Shown: positions 16,946 through 27,600 of the stretch, piece after piece
Numbering within the stretch: position 1 is the first letter of the stretch
How the letters are laid out: each line of letters starts with the position of its first letter
DNA from: an uncultured Gemmatimonadales bacterium
GTDB taxonomy: Bacteria; Gemmatimonadota; Gemmatimonadetes; Gemmatimonadales; GWC2-71-9
NCBI GenBank assembly: GCA_963728915.1
Contig: CAVSLV010000004.1
Coordinates: forward strand, 128,001-192,000
DNA length: 64,000 nucleotides
Direction: 5' to 3'
Translations under genes and position numbers: made by a program
The notes under the pieces: model-generated
Told to the model about the DNA's origin: nothing
Databases searched by the model: none
The model's input: the letters and a program-made list of their open reading frames with translations, nothing else

Positions 16946-18063
16946 AGGTTGCGATCTCCACCGGCGGCGGCGACGCCCCCGGCCTCAACGCCGTCATCCG
17001 CGCGGTCGTGCTGTCCGCGTTTCAGCGGGGCTGGGAAACCTACGGTATCCGCCGGGGATATGAAGGTCTGCTGGCCCGCGAGGAGCGGAGCGGCCGGGAG
17101 CGGCGACAGACCGATGCTCCCCCCGGTCTCATGCTGCTGGGCCCCGCTGAGGTGCGAGGGATCACCCACCTCGGCGGCACCATTCTCGGCACGACCAACC
17201 AGGGCAATCCCTTCGAATGGAACACCACCCGGGCCGATGGATCCGTCCTCACCGAGGACCGCTCCGACGAGCTGATCGGCGGGTTCCGGGCCCATGGTCT
17301 CGACGCCCTGATCGCGATCGGGGGCGAGGGAAGCCTGGGCATCGCGTGCCAGCTCCACCGCAAGGGCCTTCCGGTGGTCGGGGTGCCGAAGACGATCGAC
17401 AACGACGTGATGGGTACCGAGTCGAGCTTCGGTTTCGACACCGCGGTGGCCACCGCCACCGACGCGCTCGACAAGATCCACACGACGGCGGAGAGTCACG
17501 ACCGGGTGTTCGTGGTCGAGCTGATGGGGAGGTACAGCGGGTGGATCGCGCTGCACAGCGGCCTCTCGGGGAGCGCCGACGTCATCCTGATTCCGGAGAT
17601 CCCCTTCGACATCGACCAGGTCTGTGAGAAGGTCATGGAACGGGAGCGCCGGGGACGGCGGTTTTCCATCGTGGTGGCGGCGGAGGGCGCACGGCCGCAC
17701 GGCGGCTCCATGATCTTCCGGGAAGCGGCCGGCCCGGGCCGCCGGGAGCGGCTGGGGGGAATCGCGGAAGAAGTCGCCCGAGAGATCGCGGTGCGAACCG
17801 GCAAGGAGACCCGGAGCCTGGTCCTGGGGCATCTGCAACGGGGCGGCTCGCCCACCACCTTCGATCGACTGCTGGCGCTCCGGTTCGGCTCGGCGGCGGT
17901 GCGCGCGGTGGGGGAGGAAGACTTCGGCTGCGCGGTGGTGTACACGCCACCCACGGTGAGTCGTCTTCCCCTGACGGACATCATCGGGCGGACCAAGCTG
18001 GTGCCGCTGGACAGCGGGGTCATCATGACGGCCCGGAACCTCGGCATTTCCCTGGGAGACTGA
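16942..18063 (+). CDS. pfkA: 6-phosphofructokinase (group III type)
   Basis: TGGGDAPGLN, GGTILGT, IGGEGS, PKTIDND, ELMGR, LGHLQRGG. Confidence 0.95.
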   Translation: MKVAISTGGGDAPGLNAVIRAVVLSAFQRGWETYGIRRGYEGLLAREERSGRERRQTDAPPGLMLLGPAEVRGITHLGGTILGTTNQGNPFEWNTTRADGSVLTEDRSDELIGGFRAHGLDALIAIGGEGSLGIACQLHRKGLPVVGVPKTIDNDVMGTESSFGFDTAVATATDALDKIHTTAESHDRVFVVELMGRYSGWIALHSGLSGSADVILIPEIPFDIDQVCEKVMERERRGRRFSIVVAAEGARPHGGSMIFREAAGPGRRERLGGIAEEVAREIAVRTGKETRSLVLGHLQRGGSPTTFDRLLALRFGSAAVRAVGEEDFGCAVVYTPPTVSRLPLTDIIGRTKLVPLDSGVIMTARNLGISLGD

Positions 18064-18065
18064 AC

Positions 18066-18422
18066 GTGGCGACAGAACGGGCGTTGACGGACGGGGAGAT
18101 CGCGGAACGATTGAGCGGGTTAGGCACATGGCGGCACGAAGCCGGCGCGCTCCGGCGCACCTATCAGACCGATGGGTGGCGGGGCTCCCTGCTGGTGGCG
18201 AACGCGATCGGGTTCCTCTGCGAGGCGGCGGATCATCATGCCGATGTGCTGGTGACCTGGCCCCGGGTCGAAGTGAGTCTCTCCACCCACAGCGCCGGGG
18301 GAATCACCGAGAAGGATTGCGAGGTCGCCAGGCTGATCGAAGCCCAGATCCTGTGGAAGCCGGCGGCGGGCTCGAGCCTCCGCGGGCCGGCCCAGCCGTT
18401 CGTCAAAGAGCCGCGTCCCTAG
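18066..18422 (+). CDS. phhB: Pterin-4a-carbinolamine dehydratase
   Basis: EAADHHAD...V.LSTHSAGGITEKD motif. Confidence 0.88.
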   Translation: MATERALTDGEIAERLSGLGTWRHEAGALRRTYQTDGWRGSLLVANAIGFLCEAADHHADVLVTWPRVEVSLSTHSAGGITEKDCEVARLIEAQILWKPAAGSSLRGPAQPFVKEPRP

Positions 18423-18916
18423 TCCGCGGGAAGCCGGTAGAAACCCGACTGGCCGGGGCTCTCCTCCACCTCGACTTCCAGAGCCTCGATCGCGCCCAGA
18501 CCTTCGCGGCCGAGATCGGCCTGAAGCCGATGGGCCAGATACTCGGCAATCCGCTCGGCGGTCGTGTTGCTGATCGGGAGCAGGGCGCAATTGGACCGGG
18601 GAAACACGAACTGGCGCGAACCACTGTAGTGCACCGCCAGGTACTCGCCCGCTTCCTCCAGCCGGAGCTTGGGGTTCTCGGTGGGGAGGAGGACCCGGTG
18701 ATCGACCGCCTGCACGTACGGTCGCACGATCCGCTTGAGCACGCCGAAATCCACCACGAAGCCGCATTCCGGATCGATCGGACCCTCGACCATGACCCCG
18801 ATCCGATAATTATGCCCGTGAAGGGATTCACACTGGTGCCCGGCGAGGGTGATGAAATGGGCCGCCGAGAATCCCAGATACTCCTTGGCAACCGAAACCC
18901 TGAACTGGGCCGACAC
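18419..18916 (-). CDS. queD: 6-pyruvoyl/6-carboxy-tetrahydropterin synthase family protein
   Basis: FSAAH, CESLHGHNY, VVDF, TTAE, V.ES; GTG 18916 with GGAG upstream. Confidence 0.85.
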   Translation of the reverse strand: MSAQFRVSVAKEYLGFSAAHFITLAGHQCESLHGHNYRIGVMVEGPIDPECGFVVDFGVLKRIVRPYVQAVDHRVLLPTENPKLRLEEAGEYLAVHYSGSRQFVFPRSNCALLPISNTTAERIAEYLAHRLQADLGREGLGAIEALEVEVEESPGQSGFYRLPAD

Positions 18917-19048
18917 GCGTCTCCCGAGGATGGTAGTGGCTGAGACTCGAATATATCGTGTCCGGGCGGCGACGCCGCCTGTCCCCGTCCGGAGACAAGC
19001 CCGTCGGCTCAAAACCCGTAACGACAATATTCACAACAAGATACAACA

Positions 19049-19064
19049 TGGCATGAGGTTCGCT
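19049..19064 (+). promoter_or_regulatory. Putative sigma-54 promoter with an AT-rich upstream tract
   Basis: TGGCATG-AGGT-TCGCT (GG-N10-GC); AT-rich 19011-19048 upstream. Confidence 0.55.
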
Positions 19065-19104
19065 TTTCCCCAGGGTGCGATTGGCTTTCACCCTGGAGGT
19101 TTCC

Positions 19105-19638
19105 ATGTTGTCGCGATTTTTCGCCGGTTCGGCGCTGCTCGTTCCTCTCCTCTTCCTGGCCCAACCCGCGTCCGCGCAGCGGGTGAGCGCCGATATCCGG
19201 ATCGGCGGTGGTCCCATCGCCGGACACATCCGGATCGGGCCTGACTATCGAGCCCACCGAGTCGCCCGGGACGTGCGCGTCGAAGTGCTCCGTTCCCGGG
19301 ACTACTACCAGCGGGCCGATTGGCTGCGGCAGTTCCGTCGGGACGCCCGGGTCTTCGTGCTCTACTATGACCGGGACCGGGATTTCTACTCCGATCGCTT
19401 CCGTCCTGGACTCATCGAAGTGCAGGTCTTCGAGCGGGGCGGTCACTTCTACCGGTGGGATAATTCCCGATTCGACCGCTGGGTTCGGGACCGCTGGAGC
19501 GACGGCCGATGGGACGACCGGTTCGATGACCGGCGCGATAACCGCCGGAACGATCGGTCCGCTGATCGTCGGAACGATCGGCGGGACCCCCGGAGCGATC
19601 AGCGGGATTCTCGGGGCCGCCCACCGATCCGCCCATAG
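19105..19638 (+). CDS. Hypothetical secreted protein with Asp/Arg-rich repetitive tail
   Basis: GGAGG RBS, signal peptide ending ASA-Q, DRRND-type repeats. Confidence 0.75.
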   Translation: MLSRFFAGSALLVPLLFLAQPASAQRVSADIRIGGGPIAGHIRIGPDYRAHRVARDVRVEVLRSRDYYQRADWLRQFRRDARVFVLYYDRDRDFYSDRFRPGLIEVQVFERGGHFYRWDNSRFDRWVRDRWSDGRWDDRFDDRRDNRRNDRSADRRNDRRDPRSDQRDSRGRPPIRP

Positions 19639-19681
19639 CAGTCCAGCTTGCCCCGGAGGGGCGGTGGCATGAGTTTCCATC

Positions 19682-20296
19682 ATGCTGACCGCCCTTCTCC
19701 TCACTCTCGACCTGGGGGGCGCCGCGAGCTGCGTGGCGCCCTCTGCTTTTTTCAGCGACAGTCTTGCCGCGTTGTTTCAGCGGGGGAGGAGCTACCCTGC
19801 TTTTCTGGAGGCGGCGAAGGCTCGCCGGGAAACCTGGCTCGAGAATACTGACGCTGCGACGCTCGATCTCCCGGTGCTGGCCCGCGCCCGCGCGGTTCCC
19901 GGCCCCTGGCAGCTCCTGGTGGTCGCGGAGGACTGGTGCGGCGATTCCGCCAACACCATTCCCTACATCGCCCGTCTGGTGGACAGCGTGCCTGCCATCA
20001 CGCTCAGGATCGTGAACTCGACCGACGGCCACTGGGTGATGGAACGCTACCGAACTCCGGATGGCCGAGCCGCCACGCCGACGGTGGTGCTGCTCGACCC
20101 GGCGGGAGATCCGGCGGGCTGTTTCGTGGAGCGGCCCGCCCCGCTTCGGGCGGCGCTCGAGGCCGCCCCCGGATCCCGCATGGAGACCATCACGGCGTGG
20201 CGCCGCACGGACGCGGGGCGCTCGACGGTTCGTGAAATCGTCGCGCTCCTGGAGGCCGCCGCTGCGGGAACCGGGCGGTGTGAGGCATCGCCGTGA
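19682..20296 (+). CDS. Thioredoxin-like protein (CxxS)
   Basis: VAEDWCGDS, ATPT cis-Pro-like motif, ERP. Confidence 0.85.
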   Translation: MLTALLLTLDLGGAASCVAPSAFFSDSLAALFQRGRSYPAFLEAAKARRETWLENTDAATLDLPVLARARAVPGPWQLLVVAEDWCGDSANTIPYIARLVDSVPAITLRIVNSTDGHWVMERYRTPDGRAATPTVVLLDPAGDPAGCFVERPAPLRAALEAAPGSRMETITAWRRTDAGRSTVREIVALLEAAAAGTGRCEASP

Positions 20297-20934
20297 TCCC
20301 TTCGAAATGGTGGGCTCTCTTCGCCCTGGCGATCCCGGCGCGGGCGGCGGCCCAGTTCGAGGAGTCTCCGCGGGTGGAGCCGCGCATGGAGTTCGGCGCG
20401 AACGCCGCGATCACCTTCTCGAAATTCGGCGGGTCCGATGTCCAGGATCCCCGGGTGCAGTACGGATTCGGGGTGGGCGCCTTTCTCACCATGCATCTCA
20501 CCAGGAACTTCGCCTTCCAGCCCGAGCTGCAGTATGTGCAGAAGGGTACCCGCTATTCGAGCGGAGACACCAGGAGCTCGCTCCTGCTCGGGTATCTCCA
20601 GCTTCCTCTGCTGATGCAGGTGCGGGTCGCCAACGGACGATTCCGGCCCCAGGTGTACGGCGGGATCGCGGGCGGGTACCGGATCGACTGCCGTCTCAAC
20701 GTCACGATGGCGAACAACTCGATCTCGCAGTCCTGCAGCAATCTGCAGGAGCCGCCTCCCCGCCATGGTGAAGTCAGCGCGATCGTGGGGGCGGGGGTGG
20801 ATGCCGGGGTACTGCTGGTCGGCTTGCGGCTCGACTTGGGCCTAACCCGCATCGGCAGCACCACCGGGCAGGAGGACATCCGGAACCGCACCTTGTCGCT
20901 CGTGGTGGGGAGCGCGTTTCGGGGCCCACGATAA
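20293..20934 (+). CDS. Outer-membrane beta-barrel (porin family)
   Basis: Signal peptide, QPELQYVQKG, YLQLPLL, DLGLT.I, terminal beta strand. Confidence 0.82.
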   Translation: MIPSKWWALFALAIPARAAAQFEESPRVEPRMEFGANAAITFSKFGGSDVQDPRVQYGFGVGAFLTMHLTRNFAFQPELQYVQKGTRYSSGDTRSSLLLGYLQLPLLMQVRVANGRFRPQVYGGIAGGYRIDCRLNVTMANNSISQSCSNLQEPPPRHGEVSAIVGAGVDAGVLLVGLRLDLGLTRIGSTTGQEDIRNRTLSLVVGSAFRGPR

Positions 20935-20975
20935 CCTGATCCACCCGATCCGCGCGGCCGGTTAGGTTTGGGGCG

Positions 20976-23540
20976 ATGCACCCGGCCCGCGATCACCACC
21001 TTCCGCTCGATCCCGCCGCCTACAAACACGCTGCCCATCCCCGCGGCCGGGTCATCGTCATTGCCCCGACCCGGGCGGCGTGCGAAACCATCGAGCTGGC
21101 GCTGGGGACCGAGGTCGAGACGCTGCTCCAGCAACGCCACGGGGCCGAGCTCCTCGGATGGGCCCAGGCGGGCAAGCCATTCGGAATCGTCGCGGGCACC
21201 GGCACCGGCAAGACGCTGTCGATTCGCCCGATCGCCCAGGCGATTCTCCACCAGGCGCTCCGCTATGGAGTGGTGAACCGGGAGCGCGAAGCCACTCCGG
21301 AGACCCCGTCCTGGAACGTGGTGATCGTGACCACCGGGATTGCGCGACGCTGGTTTCAGGACGATCTGATCAGCGCGCGCGATACCCTCGTCGTCGACGA
21401 GATCCATCAGACCTCCGCTGAGCTGGAGCTGTGCCTGGCGCTCGGCAAGCGGGCCGGCTGCCGCTTCATCTGGCTCTCGGCCACGGTGGACCCTGCCTTC
21501 TATGCCCGGTACCTCGGCAGCGCCGAGGTGCTGGAGACCAGCGCATTCGATCCCCGGCTCAAGGCCAAGGTCCAGGTGGTGCCCAAGGACGTCGAAGAAT
21601 TTCTCGACGACCGCTACCTGCGGCACATCATCCGGGAGAAGCGCGGCGTCGCGGTGTTCGTGCCGACCCGCGCCGAAGTGGAACGACTGGCGCGGGAGCT
21701 GGAGGAGCGCTGGTCGAGGCTCAACGCCGCGTTCTACCACGGAGGTGAGCCGATCCGGGTGATCCGGCCCTTCCTCGAGGGCGCCGTGTCCAAGCCCTTT
21801 CTTCTCGCCATGACCGCGGCGGGACAGTCGGCGCTCAACGTCCCCGGACTCGATACCGTGGTGATCTACGACGCGCGCTACGGCAACGTGGTGGATCGAG
21901 GCCGGAACGTGCTGCATCGGATGTATCTGGGCGCGAACGAGCTCCTCCAGATGGCGGGCCGGGTGCATGGCCGGGTTCCCCATGGCGAGGTCACCATTCT
22001 CTCCGACCGGCCGCTCGACTTCGCTTCGCTTCGTCCCGGTCCGCCCGAGTTCCAGCTCGCGGGAGACGCCGAGCGGGTCGCGCTCACCTGCGCCGCGCTC
22101 GGGGTGGACGCGCGGGACCTGGATCTGCCGGTTCCCCTGGACCGGACCGCCTATGGCCGCGCGGTCGAGCTCCTGACCTCCCGTGGGCTGATCGAGCGGG
22201 GGCGCCTCACCGAGTACGGCCGGGAAGTGGAGGCGATGCCGGTGGACCGTGCCTGGGCCGAGCTGCTGGTCCGGGCCGCGCCGGACGTGGTGCCGGTGGT
22301 CGCGGTCTGCTCCAATATCGATTCACTCCACCGGATGACCCGCGACGAGCGGGACCTGCACGGGGCGGAAGTGAAGGGGAGCGACCACCTCACGGCGTAC
22401 AATCTCTACGCCGAAGCGGTGAACCAGCATGGCGGGTTAGGCGAGATCTATGGCCTGCCTCGCCAGGTCTTCGAGGAAGGTCTGGAGGAATGGGCCGAGC
22501 GGCGCGGGGTCCTGGTCAAGGCGATCGAGGACATCGCGATGGGCGCCGCCTCGGTGTACCGGTCGCTGGAACAGCCGCTGCCCCGCACCCTGCCCTACGC
22601 CGGCCGGGAGCTCCGGGCCAGGTTCGCCGAGCTCCTGGCGGAGTGGATGCCCTTCGATCTGGTGATCGATGAACGCTCGGTGGACGGCCAGGAGGTCCGG
22701 GTGGCGCGGACCTCGGTGGCGGGCACCTGGGGCGCCGTCGCCGGGACGATCCGGTTCTTCGCGGACCGGTTCGGGGTGCCCCGGGCCTCGATCGAGGGCA
22801 CCACGATCTCCTACGAGCTGGTGCGCCGGTTCGCCAGCGCGGGGCCGCCCACCGTGGTCATTACCGGTGCGCGAAAGCATCAACAGCTCTCGATTGCGCG
22901 GCGGCGTTCGTACTTCGGCTTCGACCTGGAGACCGAGATCGAGCCGCTGCGAGGCCGTTTCCCCGCGGCCCTGGCCGACCCGGCGCGATCTGCGCTTGCC
23001 CGGGCCCTGCTGCAGGGGGCCACTCCCCACCCCGATCAGGGGCGAGTCCGGCGAGCGGTCGAGGCGCTCGGAGAGTGGTGGCGCCGATCGGGAGGGGCCC
23101 TCGACCAGGCTTCGGAGCCGGCGATCACCGCCTTGCTGCTCCAGCAGCTCACGCCGGTCGAGTCATGGGAGGAGTTCCTTGCTACGCCGGTCGGGCTCGA
23201 TGCCGCCGCGCTGGTTTCGGAAGACGAGCGACGCCGGTTGGATGCGCTTCCCGGGATGATCCGGGTGCACGGCGACGCGGTCGCGATCGAGTACGATGTG
23301 GAAGGTGGCGCAGCGGTGGCCCGCTTGCTGCTTCGCGAAGGCCAGGCGCGCCGGCTTCAGGCCAGGGACCTTCCTCCATTCGACCGCCCGCTCCAGTTCG
23401 TGGTGGCGCATCGGGGTGAGGAGCCGCTGGTGGCCGCATCAATCGAAGAGCTGCACCGGCTGCTTCGACAGCCCAGGCGCCATGCCAGACAGCCTGCCCG
23501 GCGGCCGGTCCGCGCCCGGCGTGGAGGCCGCCGCCGGTGA
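20976..23540 (+). CDS. DExH-box helicase, HrpB-like
   Basis: GTGTGKT, DEIH, SAT, FVPT, QMAGR motifs; HrpB-like C-terminus. Confidence 0.85.
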   Translation: MHPARDHHLPLDPAAYKHAAHPRGRVIVIAPTRAACETIELALGTEVETLLQQRHGAELLGWAQAGKPFGIVAGTGTGKTLSIRPIAQAILHQALRYGVVNREREATPETPSWNVVIVTTGIARRWFQDDLISARDTLVVDEIHQTSAELELCLALGKRAGCRFIWLSATVDPAFYARYLGSAEVLETSAFDPRLKAKVQVVPKDVEEFLDDRYLRHIIREKRGVAVFVPTRAEVERLARELEERWSRLNAAFYHGGEPIRVIRPFLEGAVSKPFLLAMTAAGQSALNVPGLDTVVIYDARYGNVVDRGRNVLHRMYLGANELLQMAGRVHGRVPHGEVTILSDRPLDFASLRPGPPEFQLAGDAERVALTCAALGVDARDLDLPVPLDRTAYGRAVELLTSRGLIERGRLTEYGREVEAMPVDRAWAELLVRAAPDVVPVVAVCSNIDSLHRMTRDERDLHGAEVKGSDHLTAYNLYAEAVNQHGGLGEIYGLPRQVFEEGLEEWAERRGVLVKAIEDIAMGAASVYRSLEQPLPRTLPYAGRELRARFAELLAEWMPFDLVIDERSVDGQEVRVARTSVAGTWGAVAGTIRFFADRFGVPRASIEGTTISYELVRRFASAGPPTVVITGARKHQQLSIARRRSYFGFDLETEIEPLRGRFPAALADPARSALARALLQGATPHPDQGRVRRAVEALGEWWRRSGGALDQASEPAITALLLQQLTPVESWEEFLATPVGLDAAALVSEDERRRLDALPGMIRVHGDAVAIEYDVEGGAAVARLLLREGQARRLQARDLPPFDRPLQFVVAHRGEEPLVAASIEELHRLLRQPRRHARQPARRPVRARRGGRRR

Positions 23541-24505
23541 GCGTGGTGCTGCCCGAAGTGATTTCGCCCGCCGCTATCCAGGAGGCGCGAAACCGGATCT
23601 ACGATTCCGCGATCCGCACGCCCCTGATTGAACTGCCCGCTCTGGGCTCGCGGTCCGGTCGGTCCATCTATCTCAAGCTCGAGTGTCTTCAGCCGGTCGG
23701 GTCCTTCAAGATCCGGGGCGCGCGGAACGCGATCGCCGCCATCGACCCTGATCGGCTTTCCGATGGCGTCTACACCGCGAGCGCGGGCAACATGGCCCTC
23801 GGTGTCGCCTGGTGCGCCCGGGAGCAGCGGATTCCGTGCACCGTGGTGGTGCCGGACAGTGCGCCGCGCGCCAAGCTCGACAAGCTGGAACAGCTGGGAG
23901 CCCGGATCGTCCCGGTCCCGTTCGCCGAGTGGTGGCGGGTCCTGGAAGAGCACCGCTTCGACGGGGTCGCAGGAACCTTCATTCATCCGGTGGCCAATGC
24001 CGAGGTCATCGCGGGGAATGCCACGATCGGCTGGGAGATTCACGAGGAGCTCCCTGCGGTGGCAACGGTCCTGGCGCCATTCGGGGGCGGCGGGCTGTCC
24101 TGCGGAATCGCGAGCGGGTTACGCGCGGCGGGCAGCGGGGCGCAGGTCGTGGGCTGCGAAGTGGAAACCGCCACGCCGCTCACGGCGGCGCTGGCGGCCG
24201 GCGGCCCGGTGAAAGTCGAGCGCACCCCGAGTTTCGTGGACGGGATCGGAGGCGCCGGGGTCCTGCCGGCGATGTGGCCCCTGATCCAGAGCGTGATCGC
24301 GGGTGCGATGGTCGTTTCCCTGCACGAGATCCGGGGGGCGATCCGGCTCCTGATCGAACGAGCCCATGTCGTCGCGGAAGGAGCCGGTGCGGCGCCGGTG
24401 GCCGCGGCATTTTCCGGGCGGGTGACCGGAGGTCCGGTGTGCTGCGTCGTCTCGGGAGGGAACATCGACGCGGCGGTGGTCGCCGACATCCTGGCCGGTC
24501 GATAG
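23537..24505 (+). CDS. PLP-dependent threonine/serine dehydratase (no ACT domain)
   Basis: LKLECLQPVGSFKIRGA, ASAGN, GGGGL, EGAGA, SGGN. Confidence 0.92.
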   Translation: MSVVLPEVISPAAIQEARNRIYDSAIRTPLIELPALGSRSGRSIYLKLECLQPVGSFKIRGARNAIAAIDPDRLSDGVYTASAGNMALGVAWCAREQRIPCTVVVPDSAPRAKLDKLEQLGARIVPVPFAEWWRVLEEHRFDGVAGTFIHPVANAEVIAGNATIGWEIHEELPAVATVLAPFGGGGLSCGIASGLRAAGSGAQVVGCEVETATPLTAALAAGGPVKVERTPSFVDGIGGAGVLPAMWPLIQSVIAGAMVVSLHEIRGAIRLLIERAHVVAEGAGAAPVAAAFSGRVTGGPVCCVVSGGNIDAAVVADILAGR

Positions 24506-24519
24506 CATGTTCGTTCGGC

Positions 24520-24548
24520 TTGACGGCGGTGGAGGTGGAGCGCATACT
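24520..24548 (+). promoter_or_regulatory. Sigma-70-type promoter for the ankyrin gene
   Basis: TTGACG-17 nt-CATACT. Confidence 0.7.
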
Positions 24549-24554
24549 CCTGCC

Positions 24555-24685
24555 AGCGCGTCCAGGGGGCGCCTCCGGTCCGCGGCAAGGGAGCAGGCTC
24601 CCACCCCTCAGGTCGGCAGGTCCATCGAGACCTTTCTCCTGCCTGCTCTCAGCGGACATCAGGCGTATCGGAGGAAGGTTGCCCC
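24555..24685 (+). ncRNA. Candidate cis-regulatory structured 5' leader
   Basis: Nested stems gcgcct/aggcgt, gtccgc/gcggac, gagcaggc/gcctgctc, aggtc/gacct; alternative anti-SD pairing. Confidence 0.55.
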
Positions 24686-27600
24686 ATGCCCAGGACACTC
24701 ACGTCCGCGAGCTCCCTCGAGAACCTGAAGGGAGAGGCGAAGCGCTGGCTCAAGGCGCTTCGCGCCCACGAGCCGGAGGCGGTCGCCCGGTTCCGGCAAT
24801 ACCATCCTAACCCGCCCACCGATCCGGGCCTCCGCGATGTCCAGCTGGCCGTGGCGCGCGCCTGCGGCTTTCCGGGGTGGACCGCGCTCAAGGCGGAGCT
24901 GGCGCGCCGCGCCGCGGCGCCGGGTGCCGGGCCGGACCCGCTTCAGCAGCTCCTCGGGGCGGCGAATCGCGGCGATCCGGCGGCCTGTGCCGGGATCCTG
25001 GCAGGGGAGCCCGAGCTCCTGAATCAGTCCGGGATCCTGCCGGGACACACCGGACGGCGCACCGCCCTCCACTTCGCCATGAACTCGATGGAGGAGGGGG
25101 TCATCGACCTCCTCCTCGAGCGAGGCGCCGACCCCAATCTCCGGGACGAAGGCGACAACGCCACCCCGCTTCATTTCGCCGCGGAGAAAGGCAAACTCTC
25201 GGTCGTCCGCAGGCTGATCGAGCACGGCGCGGACCCCATCGGCGACGGGGACCTGCACGAGCTCACCATCATCGGGTGGTCGGTGTGCTTCGACTATGCC
25301 TACCATCCGGAGGTCGCCGAGTATCTGCTGGCCCATGGGGCGCGCCATACGATCTTCTCGGCCACAGCGATGGGCGCGATCGACCTCATCCGGGAGATCG
25401 CGGCCCGAGCGCCGGCCGACCTCGACCGGCGGATGGACCGCACCAACCGGCACCGCACTCCGCTGCACCTCGCGATCGTGAAGAATCAGCCGTCGGCGCT
25501 CGCGACCCTTCTCGCGCTCGGAGCGAACCCCGAGATCGAGGATCAGGCCGGCCTCACCCCGCTCGATCAGGCCGCTCTCCACGGCCGGCGGGGAATGGCC
25601 GAAGCCCTTCTCCAGGCGGGAGCAAAGCTCCGGCTGCCGGCAGCGGTGGCGCTGGACCGTGATGCCGACCTGCAACGGCTCCTCGCTGAATCTCCGGAGA
25701 CCCTCCGGCCCGGCGGCCGCTGGGACCGTCTGATCATCCGGGCGAGCGAGCGCGGTTCCGCGCGCACCATCGAGACCCTCATCGGCGCGGGCGCATCGGT
25801 CCACGTGCGCGACGACTATCGCACCGCGGTCGACAGCACCCACGGCTACACCGCGTTGCACGCCGCCGCGTTTCATGGCAATGTCGAGGCAGCGCGGGTG
25901 CTCCTCGCCCACGGGGCGAACCCGAGCGACCGGGATGACAAGTACTGGGGGAGTCCCGCCGGCTGGGCATTCTTTGCGAAACACGAAGCTGTCGGGCGGA
26001 TGATCCTCCAGGGCCCGATCGACCTCTTCGATGCCGTTGGGTACGATCGGATCGACCGGATTCCCGAGATCCTGAAGCGGGATCCGTTCGCGCTGGAGCG
26101 CCGGTTCGGGGAATATGTGAATGGAGACCCCAAGCCGAGGGAATGGGTCGATCCCGCCTGGACGCCGATCTTCTTTGCGATTGCGGAGGGCAAGGCGGAA
26201 GCGGTAGTCGGGTTGCTCGATGCGGGGGCTTCCCTCGCGGGGTGGGATGCCCAGGGCCGGACCCCGATCGATCTGGCGGCGGAACGACGACAACCGGAGC
26301 TCGTACGCCTGCTCGAACGGCGCCCGCCGCGAGGACGGATCGCGGCGCTCCCGGAAATCGATCAGCACGTCGCCGATTTTCTCCAGTGGGCCTGCCTCGA
26401 CTGGAGAGTGGGCGGGGCGTGGCGGGCCCGACGGAACCGCGACGCCGACCGGCTGCTGGCGACCCATCCCGAGATCGCGACCGCCAATCTGGTCACCGCC
26501 GTGGTCTCCGGGGAGACCGCCCGGGTCCATGCGCTGCTTGCCGAAACACCGGGAGCGGCTTCGGCCATCGGTGGGCCGCGCTCCTGGCCACCGCTGCTCT
26601 ACCTCACCGCCGCACGGCTCGAATCGAAGAAGGCTCAACGGGAATCGGTGACCATCGCCAGGCTGCTGCTCGATCACGGCGCCGACCCCAACGTCTTCTA
26701 TCTCGGCGGGAATGCGGACATTCACTATACCGCTCTGACCGCGGTCCTGGGTCGAGGGGAGGAGCTCGGTGCCATGCACCCCCGCGCGAAGGAGCTGACC
26801 GAGCTCCTCCTCGAGCGCGGGGCCTCACCCCACGACAACCAGGTGCTCTACAACGTTTTCGCCGACAACACCTCGCGACATCTGCTGACCGACGACATCG
26901 TGTGGCTGCTCGAGCTCCTGTACCGGTCCTCGATCCGGCGCGGGTGCCAGGCCGATTGGACGAACCCCGAATGGCCGATGTTCGACATGAAGGGCGCCCC
27001 TTCGCTGGGCGACGAGCACAAGCGAAAGTCCGGAGCCCGGTTCCTGCTCGAGGCCGCGATCGACCGCAACCTGCTTCGGATGGCCGAATGGTTGCTGGCT
27101 CATGGCGCCGGACCGAACACCACTTCAGGGAACGTCTGGAAGCAGGACGCCAACCTCAGCCTGTATCAGCTCGCGGTCCGCAAGGGTCACAGGGAGATGG
27201 CCGACTTGCTGGCGAGGTTCGGGGCCCGCCGCGAGACCGTACCCGTCGGGGAAGAAGGGCGATTCGTGGAGGCGTGCCTCTCGCTGGATGAGAACGAGGT
27301 CCGAGATGCACTTTCACGTCATCCCGGATACCTGAGCAGCTCTCGGGCGCTCTTTGCAGCGGTGAACCAGGGCCGGACAGACGTCCTCCAATTTCTGCTC
27401 GACCTTGGCGTGTCACCCGACGTGGAGGGTCCAGAATACCCTGGTCAGCGGGCTCTTCATCTGGCCGCCGCCAAGGACGAGGTCGACAGCGCCAGGTTGC
27501 TCCTCGCGCGGGGAGCGGAGGCGGATCCTCGGGACTCCCGGCATCAGGGGACTCCACTCGGTTGGGCCGCCTGGTTCGGGAATGAGCGGGTGATCAAGGT

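Noticed and set aside
18115..18124. GGGTTAGG motif as telomeric repeat, contamination or KOPS/Chi
   Set aside because: Copies are single, in frame inside bacterial genes, and show no strand bias in this window.
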